Numbered from the stretch's first letter, positions 21,297-31,612 are shown. The stretch is DNA of 64,000 nucleotides from Candidatus Multivoradales bacterium (GCA_965248925.1 CBDFLE010000006.1:1504001-1568000), one strand, 5' to 3'. The notes: generated by a model not told the origin, from the letters alone. Made by a program: numbers and translations.

Positions 21297-23561
21297 ATGC
21301 AAGCTGTCCGCCGAAAGAGCTACTTCGCCTGGCTCGCGATGCTGCTGTGGCTGCAAGTCGCGCTGCTGGTCACCGGCCCCCAAACTCGGCTCGGCGCCCA
21401 ACAGACGGCTGCCACTCCGCCAGCCCCGGCTCCGACGCTGCGCCCCCCGGTTGCCACCCCGCCAAGCCCAACCCCCGCCCTCAATCAGCGACCGCGGCGA
21501 GACGACGAGGGGCGCTTGCTGGTCCGCATCGGCTTGGCCACCGACCTGGAGCAATTGGAGCTGCCCTGCTGCCGCTATCCTTGGGTTCTGCAAACCGCCC
21601 ATGGCGAGCCGATCTCGGAACCGCGCCAGAGGCTGCTGATCCACCCTGGCGGCAGGCTTGCCGAGCGGGCCATCTACCGCTTGCAGGTGACCGCCCTCAA
21701 GGACGAGTTGCAGGCTCGCGGCGTTGCCACCAAACTCAGCGACAGCACTGGCTTGCCAGCCGAAGCGGTGTTCGACGCCGGCACCGATCTCTATCGCGTC
21801 CGGGTGGGTCGTTTCGCCGACCGAGCGGCGGCCGAGCAAGCGCGGGGCGGGCTCGAGGCCCTGGGAGTGGTCGGCGCCTGGATCGCCACCGAGGGCGGCC
21901 GCTTGGAGAATCCCACTCTGCGCCTGGTCGAAGGCAGCGAACAACGCCAAGTGTGGGGCCGTTGGCTGAGCATCGTTCCCGGCGCTGGCCGCGAGCTCAT
22001 CGACCTCGACCGCCGGGGCCGCTTCCGGGGCCGGGTATTGGTTTTCCTCAACGAGCGAGGTGGCCTAAATCTGATCAACGAACTTCCGCTCGAAGACTAT
22101 CTTCGCGGCGTAGTACCGAAAGAGATGGGGCCCGAACTTTACAACCAGCTCGAGGCGCTAAAAGCGTTAGCGGTGGCAGCCCGAACCTACACCTTGCGCA
22201 ACTTGAACGGCTTCGCCAACGAGGGATACGACCTTTGTTCCTCGCCTCGCTGCCAGGTCTACGGCGGCGCTCGAGTCGAGCATCCGACCTCCGACCGCGC
22301 GGTAGAAGAAACCGCCGGCCAGGTGGTGTTGTATGGCGAGCATCTGGCCGAGACCTTCTACAGCTCCACCTGCGGCGGCCACACCGAGAATGTTGAAGTC
22401 GTATTCCCCCTCAAACGGGGCGGCCATCTCCGAGGAGTGCCCTGCCTGGAAGAGGGAGTTCGCACCCTGGCCGGCAATAGCCGCGTTGGCGAGCGCTTCC
22501 CCGACGGCCTGATGGGTCAGCTGCTACCGCCGGCAGATGGCCCCCGGCAGCGCCAGCTCTCAGGCCGCTTGGAACAGTTGGCCCGGCTCGCCAACCTGCC
22601 GGTCCCACACGACCAGCTAGCCACCCTCGACCGGAGCGAGCTGCGCCGCTTCCTGGGTTCAGTATTCGATCTCGCCCTCGACCCGCGCTGGTTACAAGGG
22701 CGCGAGACTGTCGAAAGACTGCTCGCTCACCCACCGGTTAGCTGGCCCTCCAGCGACCGCCGCTTCGTCGAGTATTTGCTCCACAGCGGCCTCTACGATT
22801 CGCCCGCGAGCGGTGAACTCAGCAGCGGCCAGGTCGAGACCTTGCTGTACCGGCTAGCCCACTACTTCGGAGTGTTGGAACGGCAGCCAGCCAGCTTTCT
22901 GACGCTCGAAGACGGCGCCCTCGAAGTGCGCTCCGGGGAGAGCTTTCAGCGCTTCGAGCTGCCGACCAGACTGGCGACCTTTGGCACCAGCAAGAGCGGC
23001 GGGCTACGCGCCGGGCCGCTCGCCTTGATGGCCGGCGACAAGGTAGACCTATATTTTTATCGCCATCAGCTGGTGGCCATCAGCCAGGCTGTTGCTCCTT
23101 CGCGGGTCGTCCTCGGCAAACGGCGACCGGTGGGTAGCTGGCGCCATTTCCGCTCCCGCACCCAGCTGCGCGAGTTAGTCCAGACCCGCTACCCGACCTT
23201 CCCCTTCGCCAGCTTTGAAGTCCTCGAACGGGGAGTCTCTGGCCGGGTTGGCAAGCTTCTGCTGGTGGGGGACGACGGCCGTCAACTGACCATCGAAGGC
23301 TTGCCGGTGCGCTGGACCTTCGATCTACCCGACACCCGCTTCACCCATCGCGTCGCTTCGCGCCGCGACGGCGAAAGCGGTTGGATGTTCTCCGGTTCCG
23401 GCTGGGGTCACGGCGTCGGCATGTGCCAGACTGGCTCCTTCGGCATGGCCATGCGCGGCCACAGTTACCGCGACATCCTCAGCCACTACTACACCGGCAT
23501 TCAATTCGGCCGACTGAAATCACCGCCCGATCGCCAAACACAAGTGGCCAACTCGGGCTGA
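21297..23561 (+). CDS. SpoIID/LytB domain protein with SPOR domain
   Basis: YRVRVGRF SPOR motif; LEDYLRGVVPKEM, EALKALAVAARTY, CQVYGG, YSSTCGGHTE and GWGHGVGMCQ motifs. Confidence 0.9.
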   Translation: MQAVRRKSYFAWLAMLLWLQVALLVTGPQTRLGAQQTAATPPAPAPTLRPPVATPPSPTPALNQRPRRDDEGRLLVRIGLATDLEQLELPCCRYPWVLQTAHGEPISEPRQRLLIHPGGRLAERAIYRLQVTALKDELQARGVATKLSDSTGLPAEAVFDAGTDLYRVRVGRFADRAAAEQARGGLEALGVVGAWIATEGGRLENPTLRLVEGSEQRQVWGRWLSIVPGAGRELIDLDRRGRFRGRVLVFLNERGGLNLINELPLEDYLRGVVPKEMGPELYNQLEALKALAVAARTYTLRNLNGFANEGYDLCSSPRCQVYGGARVEHPTSDRAVEETAGQVVLYGEHLAETFYSSTCGGHTENVEVVFPLKRGGHLRGVPCLEEGVRTLAGNSRVGERFPDGLMGQLLPPADGPRQRQLSGRLEQLARLANLPVPHDQLATLDRSELRRFLGSVFDLALDPRWLQGRETVERLLAHPPVSWPSSDRRFVEYLLHSGLYDSPASGELSSGQVETLLYRLAHYFGVLERQPASFLTLEDGALEVRSGESFQRFELPTRLATFGTSKSGGLRAGPLALMAGDKVDLYFYRHQLVAISQAVAPSRVVLGKRRPVGSWRHFRSRTQLRELVQTRYPTFPFASFEVLERGVSGRVGKLLLVGDDGRQLTIEGLPVRWTFDLPDTRFTHRVASRRDGESGWMFSGSGWGHGVGMCQTGSFGMAMRGHSYRDILSHYYTGIQFGRLKSPPDRQTQVANSG

Positions 23562-23700
23562 GAGTCCCCGCGCTGGCAGCCGCCATCACCCCATTCGGGA
23601 TCAGCATTCGAATTCCATCGAACCCGAGGGGAAGGGGAAAGACGCAGAGAGATTAAATCTAATAGGCACGGCACGGGTCTGAGATGACAAGATCCACGGC

Positions 23701-26304
23701 ATGTGTCTTGGACCTTGGCATAGCAGTCCGTCGGAGCTGGCTCCGAAGCTCCAGTCTGGGATTTCGATTCCTATCCGGCGCAGCGGCGAGACCTTCTGGC
23801 GCACCGCCGCCGCGGTGCTCGCACATGGTGAGCCGGGCAAGCTCGACGCCCTCATCCAGGGTCCGCTACGGGCGGCTGTCGCCCTGCGCTGGCAGCCGAA
23901 GAGTGGCCTCCTGCACGCAACCTGCACCTGCTCTTTCTTCACCCAATGGCGGGGGATCTGCGCCCACATCTGGGCAACGATCTTAGCAGCGGACGAGTCC
24001 TACAATTTCGGCGGCAGCTACACCAGCGACAGCTGGATTGATTCCCCAAGACAAGCGCTGCGACTGGCTCCAGGTTTCGAGACTCCGGCCGATCGGTGGA
24101 ATTCCCTGGCTTCCTCAGACTCCACTGCCTGGCGGAAGCGCCTGAAGGACTTTGGCAGCTCGCTGCTAGAGCAGCTTCCCCGCCCTGAAGAGAAGACCTG
24201 GCCCGAGCAGCGGCGGATCTTCTACCTCCTAGACCTCGAGCGATCCAACCAACAAGATGCCGTGGTCGTCCAGCTGGGCTACCGGACTCCTCAACCCAAC
24301 GGCGAGCTCGGTCTACTAGAGCTGAGAGTGCCCGAGGCAACGTCCGTGGGCCAGCTACCGGATCCAGAGGATCGTCTGCTGCTGGCGATGATCAGCGGCT
24401 CTTCAACGGAGGTTGGTTTCTCGGGACGGTTCACCCACTCCGCGGGCTCGCTAGAGAGCTTCTCAGTTCCCACGGTGATCCAAGCTGAGTGGTTGAAGGG
24501 AGCTGCTGACACTGGCCGCTTGCTAACGTTCGAGAGCGACTGCCAGGACGCCAAGCCGCTGTGCTGGGATCCGAGCGAAGCCTGGCGGATGGAAGTGAGA
24601 GTCGAGGAGCGGAGCAGTGATCTTCGACTCGCGGGCTACCTCGTTCGACACGATCAGGTACTGCCTCTGACCCAACCGGAGCTGCTGATCTCGACCGGGC
24701 TGGTCGGCGACCGGGGTCAGATCGCTCTGTTGGAGCGAGGCAAGAACTCTCCCTGGGTCCGCTTCCTCCGCCAACAGGGGGAGTTGCTGATCCCGGCTGA
24801 GCAGAGGCACCTGCTGGTCGAGCAGCTGCTCGGTCTGCCCGAACCGCCGGCGATCCAACTACCCGAGGATCTCGACCTCGAAGAGGCTCTCGGTGTCCCT
24901 CAGCCGCGGCTCGACCTCTTCGCCTCTTTCTCCCGATCGACGAGGAGAACCAATATTTTCGGTTTGTTGATCTTCGACTACGGTGACCAGCAGGTGACCT
25001 GGCGCGACCACCACAGGGCCATCCTCCAAACCGAGCCCCGGCGAATTTTGCGCCGCGACGCCGCAGCCGAGAACGAGTTCTTGGAGCGCCTCAAGGAGCT
25101 TGGAGCAAAGCCCGGGAGAGCTCGCCTCGACTACCGCGATCGGTACAACATTCGCGTCTACGAATTCTTCCTGCAAGAGCTGGAGGAGACGCTGTGCAGC
25201 GAAGGCTGGGTAATCAGGTTTGTCTCTGGACCCTACCGGACGAAGAGTTCGCTGAGCTTGCAAGCCACCAACCACTCGACTGGCTTCGAGCTGCGCGGCA
25301 CGGTCAGTTTCGACGATCAAGTGGCAAACTTGCCCGAACTCTTGCAAGCCCTCCAATGCCACAGGAGTTTTCTGCACTTCGATGATAGAAGCATTGGCCT
25401 GATACCCAAGGAGTGGCCCACGAAGTTCTGCCCGCTGGTAGAGGTCGGAAACCTCTACCAGCGCTGCATGCGTTACGACCGCAGCCAGCTGGGTCTGCTG
25501 GTTGGGCTACTCAGTATCGTGCCGGACATCGAGATCGACCAGAGCTTGAATGAGGCTCATCAAGAGTTCGCCAGGCCTTCCCAGGCTCAGGCCGGCCAGA
25601 TTCCAGAATCTCTCCAAGCAGCATTGAGCGAGGAGCAGAAGGAAGGTCTGGGTTGGCTGCAAGGCCTGTGCTCCTCGGGCTATGGTGGCTGTCTGATCGA
25701 GGACGATGCTGGAAGTAGAAAGGAACAAATCCTCGCCCTGCTGGAGGAGCGGCGTCAGTCTCTCGATAGCTCAACAGAGCGCCACAGGCAGCCGCCGAGG
25801 CCCTCGCTGATCGTCGTGCCCAAGTCTCTACTCTCCACCTGGCATCGCGAGATCGGCCGATTGATCCCCGAGGTTTTGCTGCTGACCTATGCCGGGCCTC
25901 GCCAGCATCGGCGGCGGCACCAGTTGGGGGTGTACGACATCGTGCTCACTACCTACCCCATCTTGCGGCAGGAGATCTCCCGCTTTGAGGAAATGAGATT
26001 CGACTACCTTGTGCTCGACGAGGCACAGGCGATCAAGAAGCACCAATCAGTCACCACCGAGACCTGCCGTGCGGTTCCAGCTCGCCACCGAGTGGCCCTA
26101 CTTGGAAAGTCAGACGCTGATCGGCTGAGCGGTTTGCTGAGCATTCTCGACTTCCTCAACCCGGGCTTATTCGGCTCAGACAAGCGGGAGCGAATACCCC
26201 GGGGAATCCGCGTCAGCCGGCTCAGCGACCTGACCTCTGGAAGGGACTCAGAGCAGGCTCTCTGGGCCAACCTTCTCAAGCCCTTTATCCACCAAGCCAA
26301 GTAA
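23701..26304 (+). CDS. SWIM zinc finger plus degenerate SNF2 N-terminal domain (no helicase-C), copy 1
   Basis: SWIM CTC...CAH; QKEGLGWL, SLIVVPKSLL, LTTYPILR, LDEAQAIKK and DFLNPGLFG; ends at PFIHQAK. Start uncertain. Confidence 0.85.
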   Translation: MCLGPWHSSPSELAPKLQSGISIPIRRSGETFWRTAAAVLAHGEPGKLDALIQGPLRAAVALRWQPKSGLLHATCTCSFFTQWRGICAHIWATILAADESYNFGGSYTSDSWIDSPRQALRLAPGFETPADRWNSLASSDSTAWRKRLKDFGSSLLEQLPRPEEKTWPEQRRIFYLLDLERSNQQDAVVVQLGYRTPQPNGELGLLELRVPEATSVGQLPDPEDRLLLAMISGSSTEVGFSGRFTHSAGSLESFSVPTVIQAEWLKGAADTGRLLTFESDCQDAKPLCWDPSEAWRMEVRVEERSSDLRLAGYLVRHDQVLPLTQPELLISTGLVGDRGQIALLERGKNSPWVRFLRQQGELLIPAEQRHLLVEQLLGLPEPPAIQLPEDLDLEEALGVPQPRLDLFASFSRSTRRTNIFGLLIFDYGDQQVTWRDHHRAILQTEPRRILRRDAAAENEFLERLKELGAKPGRARLDYRDRYNIRVYEFFLQELEETLCSEGWVIRFVSGPYRTKSSLSLQATNHSTGFELRGTVSFDDQVANLPELLQALQCHRSFLHFDDRSIGLIPKEWPTKFCPLVEVGNLYQRCMRYDRSQLGLLVGLLSIVPDIEIDQSLNEAHQEFARPSQAQAGQIPESLQAALSEEQKEGLGWLQGLCSSGYGGCLIEDDAGSRKEQILALLEERRQSLDSSTERHRQPPRPSLIVVPKSLLSTWHREIGRLIPEVLLLTYAGPRQHRRRHQLGVYDIVLTTYPILRQEISRFEEMRFDYLVLDEAQAIKKHQSVTTETCRAVPARHRVALLGKSDADRLSGLLSILDFLNPGLFGSDKRERIPRGIRVSRLSDLTSGRDSEQALWANLLKPFIHQAK

Positions 26305-26377
26305 CAGGGATAACAATTTCGCTGCTGCTATTCGGCGAAGGGGAAAAAAGTCTGATTTAGAGCATTCACCTCAGATG

Positions 26378-26404
26378 GCAGCGGCAGCAGCAGCAGCAGC
26401 AGCA
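26378..26404 (+). repeat. (GCA)n trinucleotide run
   Basis: gca gcg followed by seven gca, just upstream of ATG 26414. Confidence 0.85.
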
Positions 26405-26413
26405 GGTAAGAAT

Positions 26414-29038
26414 ATGAGCAGCAGCAGGTTCGACTCGAAACCGCACCAGCTCCCGAAGCTGGCCCCATTGCTTCAAATCCAGATCCCGAGAGCCACTCAG
26501 CGGCGCGGAGAGAGCTTCTGGCGCTCAGCGGGGGCAATCCTCGTTGACCGGGCTCCGGGGCAGGTCGGTGCGGTTGTCTACGCCGTCGAGAGCTGCGCGG
26601 TTGCCTTGCGCTGGCGGCCGGAGAGCGGTCTCCTCGAAGGTACATGCACCTGTGCCAACTTCGCCCGACAAGGAGAGATCTGCGCCCATATCTGGGCAAC
26701 GATTCTGGCAGCGGACGAGACGGGGAGCTTCGAAGAGTGGTTCGACACCCACGATGGCCCGGAGTCCGACGGTCTTGAGCCGCTCCTGAAGGCGGGCGGA
26801 GAGCCACCCACAGATCTTCAGGACCTCTTATCCTCTTCCGCTTCCGCCAGATGGCAAAATCACCTGATGGACTTTCGCTTCTCGCTACCCCAAGCCAAAG
26901 CAAAGAGAAGAGCCTGGCCTGATGAGCGGCAGCTTTTCTACTTGTTAGATCTCGAACGGTCGAATCAGCACGACGCGGTAATCATCCAGCTCGCGTATCG
27001 GACTCGCCAAGAGGATGGCGAGTGGGGCTCGCTCGAGTCAAGCGTAGCAGAACGCGAGACTATCGGCCGGCTAGCGGACGCTACGGATTGTTTACTCTTA
27101 GCGATGATTGCCGGCGCCTCGGCGCAACTCGGACACCGTGGGCACTTCAGCACCTCGAAGTCTAAGGGCTCTCCGGAGAGGCTGTTGGTTCCCGCGGCGG
27201 TCCAGGCCGAGTGGTTGCAACAAGCTGCGGAGACCAGACGCCTGCTGTGCTTCACCACCGAATGGCAGGACGCCGAGCCGCTGAGCTGGGATCCTGAGCA
27301 TGCCTGGCGGCTGGAAGTGAGGGTAGAGGACCAAGGAAGCGCGCTGCTCCTCGCGGGCTTCTTGGTGGGGCACGCTCAGCTATTACCGCTCAGTACACCG
27401 GAGCTACTGACCACCTCCGGACTGATGGTTCTTCGTCGCCAAGCGACCTTCGTGGAGCAAGGCAAGGGTTCGGTCTGGATCAAATTCCTGCGCCAACAAG
27501 AGGAACTGTACGTTCCGGCCGAGCAGAGGTACCAGCTGATCGAAGCGTTGGAAAACCTACCGCCGCCGCCGGCCCTCCATCTACCTGAGGATCTACGCCT
27601 CGATCAGATCCTGGGAACTCCCCAACCCCAGCTGGTGATAGTCGACTCCGACCAGCCTTGGGGGAAAGAGACCTTCAACTCCTGGCTGGAGTTTCACTAC
27701 GGCGAAAGGTTCATCAGATGGCGCTCCCAACAGCGGGGCATGGTGCAGGGCGAGCCACCCCGGGTTGTGCTGCGCGACCTCGAGGCAGAAGCGGGTTTCG
27801 TCCGCCGTCTGCAAGATCTTGGAATAGGAGGCCTGCGAAACGCTGACAAGTACTTGGGACTGTTTTCCCTGCCGCGGGCCGCTACTCGACTGCTGACGCT
27901 GATCGATACGCTGGCCAGCGAAGGCTGGTCGCTCAGCTTCTCCGGCGACCACCAGCTGGGTAGCTCCTTGAGCTTGCAGATCGCTGCCAGCTCAAGCGGC
28001 GGTTTCGAGCTGCGGGGTACGGCCAGCTTCGGCAGCAACAAGTCCGTCGAGTTGCCAGAGCTGCTACAAACCCTCGGTGAGGGCAAAAGATTTGTACCCG
28101 TCGATGCGAAAACCCGTGGCGTGGTACCCGTAGACTGGCTCACCAAGCTCGGCCCGCTGGCCGGGATAGGAGAGGTCGACGGGCATCGCCTGAGATTCGA
28201 CAATAACCAACTGGGACTGCTCGACGCTCTCCTCTCTCTCGAACTCGGGATCGAGCTTGACGAAGCCCTCCTGCGGGCACATCAGCGCTTCGTCAAGCTC
28301 GGCCAGGCCCAGCCGAGTCCAGTACCCGAAACCGCTGAAGCTTGCTTGCGCGAAGAGCAGGAGCAATGCCTGGGCTGGCTGCATGGCTTACGCTCAGCAG
28401 GCTTTGGCGCCTGTTTGATCGAGGACGTTGGGGAAAGCGGCAAGGCGCAGATTCTGGCTCTACTGGAAGCCCGCCGGCAAGTAAGAGGCAACTCGTCAAG
28501 ATCAAAAAAGCAGCAGCCTGGCCCTTCGCTAGTCGTTGTTCCCAAGGCCCTCCTCGCAAGCTGGAGTAACCAGATCGGCCTGTTCACCCCGCAGATGCGA
28601 GTGCTGACCTACACTGAGCCACCTCAGCGCCGGTTGCAGCACCTCCAGCAAAGTTGCTTGGCAGACCACGACCTCCTGCTCACCACCTATCCCATCCTAC
28701 GCTCGGATATCTCCCAACTGGCCAGGGTGGAATTCGACTACGTGGTGCTCGACCAAGCACAGGCCATCAAGAGTGCCGGATCGGCGACCACTCGGGCCTG
28801 CCACTCGCTGACCGCCCGCCACCGCTTGGCCCTACTCGACACCCAGGCCACAGAGCGGTTGGACAACTTGCTGGGAGTTCTCGACTTTCTCAATCCTGGC
28901 CTCTTCGGCCCCGACCGGTGGCTGAAACTGCCCAAGGCAATCCGCACCGGGCGTCTCCCCAACCCAGCCACCGCCGAGCCCCAGCTCGCTCTCATCGCCA
29001 GTTTGATCCGTCCCTTCATCCGCTGGGCCGCGGGATAG
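26414..29038 (+). CDS. SWIM zinc finger plus degenerate SNF2 N-terminal domain (no helicase-C), copy 2
   Basis: Colinear paralogue of 23701-26304 (shared ICAHIWATILAADE, FYLLDLERSNQ, GFELRGT, LTTYPILR); LDQAQAIK; ends at PFIRWAAG. Alternative start 26375. Confidence 0.85.
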   Translation: MSSSRFDSKPHQLPKLAPLLQIQIPRATQRRGESFWRSAGAILVDRAPGQVGAVVYAVESCAVALRWRPESGLLEGTCTCANFARQGEICAHIWATILAADETGSFEEWFDTHDGPESDGLEPLLKAGGEPPTDLQDLLSSSASARWQNHLMDFRFSLPQAKAKRRAWPDERQLFYLLDLERSNQHDAVIIQLAYRTRQEDGEWGSLESSVAERETIGRLADATDCLLLAMIAGASAQLGHRGHFSTSKSKGSPERLLVPAAVQAEWLQQAAETRRLLCFTTEWQDAEPLSWDPEHAWRLEVRVEDQGSALLLAGFLVGHAQLLPLSTPELLTTSGLMVLRRQATFVEQGKGSVWIKFLRQQEELYVPAEQRYQLIEALENLPPPPALHLPEDLRLDQILGTPQPQLVIVDSDQPWGKETFNSWLEFHYGERFIRWRSQQRGMVQGEPPRVVLRDLEAEAGFVRRLQDLGIGGLRNADKYLGLFSLPRAATRLLTLIDTLASEGWSLSFSGDHQLGSSLSLQIAASSSGGFELRGTASFGSNKSVELPELLQTLGEGKRFVPVDAKTRGVVPVDWLTKLGPLAGIGEVDGHRLRFDNNQLGLLDALLSLELGIELDEALLRAHQRFVKLGQAQPSPVPETAEACLREEQEQCLGWLHGLRSAGFGACLIEDVGESGKAQILALLEARRQVRGNSSRSKKQQPGPSLVVVPKALLASWSNQIGLFTPQMRVLTYTEPPQRRLQHLQQSCLADHDLLLTTYPILRSDISQLARVEFDYVVLDQAQAIKSAGSATTRACHSLTARHRLALLDTQATERLDNLLGVLDFLNPGLFGPDRWLKLPKAIRTGRLPNPATAEPQLALIASLIRPFIRWAAG

Positions 29039-29164
29039 GGCTAGGTGAATCACTACCCTTGCAATCTGCCGGTCGCACTTTTCATATTGCAAGAAATACA
29101 GAGGTACTTCAGCAGCTGACCACAGCTCTCTGGAACTCACAATCCACTGACAACAAAGGTCTTT

Positions 29165-29193
29165 TGTAGAGGCGCATGGCGTGCGCCCCTACA
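29165..29193. repeat. GTAG-type REP-like palindrome between convergent genes
   Basis: TGTAG-A-GGCGCA-TGGCG-TGCGCC-C-CTACA: imperfect inverted repeat with GTAG/CTAC ends. Confidence 0.6.
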
Positions 29194-29224
29194 CAGTCCT
29201 GCGAGCCGACACGCTGGCAACCAC

Positions 29225-31612
29225 TTACTCGCCGTAGGGAACCCAGATATTCTTCACCTGGGTGGAACGGCGCAGCAGGTCGCGGCCGGCGGTCTGAGTG
29301 CGGTTGTGCCAATCGTAGCGCTTGCCCTGGCTGACCCAGGTGGCTTTGAGATTGCCCACTGACTCGCGCTCGACTTCAGCGCCGCCCTCGGACGAGCCGT
29401 AGAACCACATCGCCGCCACTTCGTCGTGTTGCGCCAGCACCGGTGATAGCTCGCCACGGCAGCCAGTGACAATGTTGATTACCCCGCCGGGTAGATCTGA
29501 AGTATCGAACACCTGGTAGAGATCAGTAGCCGCCAAAGGATGTCGCGACGAGGGCACCACCACCACTCGATTGCCCATCGCCACCGCTGGTGCCACCAGC
29601 GAGACGAAGGCCAGCAGCGGCGCTTCGTCCGGGCAGACGATGGCCAGCACCCCCCACGGCTCATGCATCGCCAGAGTGACGTTGCGCAGCGGCGTGGCGT
29701 GGACCTGACCATCGAATTTGTCCGCCCAAGCGGCCCAGGTGAACCAGCGATCGACCGCCGCCTCGACCTCGCGCGCCGCCGCCTTGGCCGAGCTACCACT
29801 CATCGCCCGCAGACGACCGGCCAGCTCGGCCGATCGAGCTGAGAGATTCTCACCGATGTAGTACAGGATCTGCGCCCGCAGATGCGCGGTGCTCTTGCCC
29901 CAGCCGGCCGCCTTGCGCGCTGCCTCCACGGCTTCACGGATATCTTTGCGGTTGCCAGCTCCGGCCTCGCCGACCAGGCGACCCTTGGCATCGAGCACCT
30001 GGTAACTGCGATCACCATCAGGGCGCTTCTGCTTGCCACCGATGTACATCTTGGCGGTGCGGTCGACCGCCGGGAGTGAGAAAGCGGCCTCCGGCACCTC
30101 GAGCACGGGCGGCGAAGTGGGCTTGGCGGGCTTGTTGAGCCGCCGCTCCCAGGCCGGACGCAGATACTCCCACAGTCCCTCCCGACCCCCTTCGCGGCCG
30201 AAGCCACTCTCGCGATAGCCACCAAAACCGGCGGCGGCGTCGAATAAATTGGTGGAATTAACCCACACCACGCCGGCCACCAGCTGTGGCGCGATGTCGA
30301 GGGCCAGGTTGACGTTCTCAGTCCAAACGCTGGCGGCCAGGCCGTAGCGGGTATTGTTCGCCAGCGCCACCGCTTCTTCAGGGGTGCGAAAGCTCATCGA
30401 CACCAGCACCGGGCCAAAGATCTCGACCTGAGCAATCGACGCCGCTGGGGCCACCTCGGTGAACAAGGTCGGCGGGTAGAACCAGCCCTCCTCGGGACAC
30501 GCCCACGACGGCTGCCAACAAGTCGCGCCCTCGCGCCGCCCCTCCTCCACCAGCCGGCTGATCTGTTCGAGCTGCACCGGCGCGACAATGGCGCCGATGT
30601 CGACCGCCTTGTCGAGAGGGTTGCCGACCCGCAGATTCTCCATCCGCGCGCGCAGCTTGGCGATCATCCGGTCGTGAACCCCCTCGTGCACCAGCAAGCG
30701 CGAACCGGCGCAGCACACCTGGCCCTGGTTGAACCAGATCGCATCGACCACCCCTTCGACGGCGCTATCGAGATCGGCATCGTCAAAAACGATGAAGGGC
30801 GACTTGCCGCCGAGCTCCAACGACAGCTTCTTGCCACTGCCGGCGGTCGACCGGCGGATCAGCCGCCCGACCTCGGTTGAGCCGGTGAACGCCACCTTGT
30901 CGACATCGGGGTGATTGACCAGCAACTCGCCGGTGCGGCCATCACCGGTGATGATGTTGACCACCCCCGGCGGCAAGCCGATCTCTTGCAAGATCTCGGC
31001 CAAGGCCAGCGCCGTCAGCGAGGTGTACTCAGCCGGTTTCAGCACCACCGTATTGCCGGCTGCCAGCGCCGGGGCAATCTTCCAGGACAGCATCAGCAGG
31101 GGGAAATTCCACGGGATCACCTGCGCCGCCACCCCGAGCGGCTCATGGTCGGGGAATTCGCTGTCGAGCAGCTGCGCCCAGCCAGCATGGTGGTAGAAGT
31201 GCCGCGCCACCAACGGGATGTCGATGTCGCGGGTCTCGCGAATCGGCTTGCCGTTGTCGAGGGTCTCGAGCACCGCTAGCCGCCGTGAGTGCTTCTGCAC
31301 CTGGCGAGCGATGGCGTAGAGAAAGCGGGCGCGGGCGTGGCCGCCGAGCTTCCACCATTTGGGCTGCGCTCGACGCGCCGCCGCCACTGCCCGATCGACA
31401 TCCTCCGCCCCGGCCTGAGCGACCCGTCCCAACAGACCCTTGGTCGCCGGATTGTGGCTGTCGAAGACCTCGCCACTTGCGGGCGGCACCCACTTGCCGC
31501 CCACAAAGAGGCCAAACTCACGACCATGGCGGTCGAGCCAGGCATTGGCATCGTCGGCACTCTCGGGGGCCGGCCCGTAATTCATCGTCTCGTAGGCTTC
31601 GAGGACACTCAC
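29225..31612 (-). CDS. Two-domain aldehyde dehydrogenase (ALDH16-like)
   Basis: IPWNFPL, LKPAE, FTGSTEVG, LELGGKSP, NQGQVCCAG and EIFGPV, followed by a second Rossmann-type ALDH module. GTG start 31612. Confidence 0.9.
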   Translation of the reverse strand: MSVLEAYETMNYGPAPESADDANAWLDRHGREFGLFVGGKWVPPASGEVFDSHNPATKGLLGRVAQAGAEDVDRAVAAARRAQPKWWKLGGHARARFLYAIARQVQKHSRRLAVLETLDNGKPIRETRDIDIPLVARHFYHHAGWAQLLDSEFPDHEPLGVAAQVIPWNFPLLMLSWKIAPALAAGNTVVLKPAEYTSLTALALAEILQEIGLPPGVVNIITGDGRTGELLVNHPDVDKVAFTGSTEVGRLIRRSTAGSGKKLSLELGGKSPFIVFDDADLDSAVEGVVDAIWFNQGQVCCAGSRLLVHEGVHDRMIAKLRARMENLRVGNPLDKAVDIGAIVAPVQLEQISRLVEEGRREGATCWQPSWACPEEGWFYPPTLFTEVAPAASIAQVEIFGPVLVSMSFRTPEEAVALANNTRYGLAASVWTENVNLALDIAPQLVAGVVWVNSTNLFDAAAGFGGYRESGFGREGGREGLWEYLRPAWERRLNKPAKPTSPPVLEVPEAAFSLPAVDRTAKMYIGGKQKRPDGDRSYQVLDAKGRLVGEAGAGNRKDIREAVEAARKAAGWGKSTAHLRAQILYYIGENLSARSAELAGRLRAMSGSSAKAAAREVEAAVDRWFTWAAWADKFDGQVHATPLRNVTLAMHEPWGVLAIVCPDEAPLLAFVSLVAPAVAMGNRVVVVPSSRHPLAATDLYQVFDTSDLPGGVINIVTGCRGELSPVLAQHDEVAAMWFYGSSEGGAEVERESVGNLKATWVSQGKRYDWHNRTQTAGRDLLRRSTQVKNIWVPYGE

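Noticed and set aside
26309-26321. GGATAACAATTTC resembling half of the lac operator (vector contamination?)
   Set aside because: Only a 13-nt match with no other vector sequence around it; treated as chance.
26305-26413. Frameshift or readthrough restoring a helicase-C lobe to the SNF2 copies
   Set aside because: Sequence after both stops shows no helicase-C motifs; the next gene or an intergenic region follows immediately.
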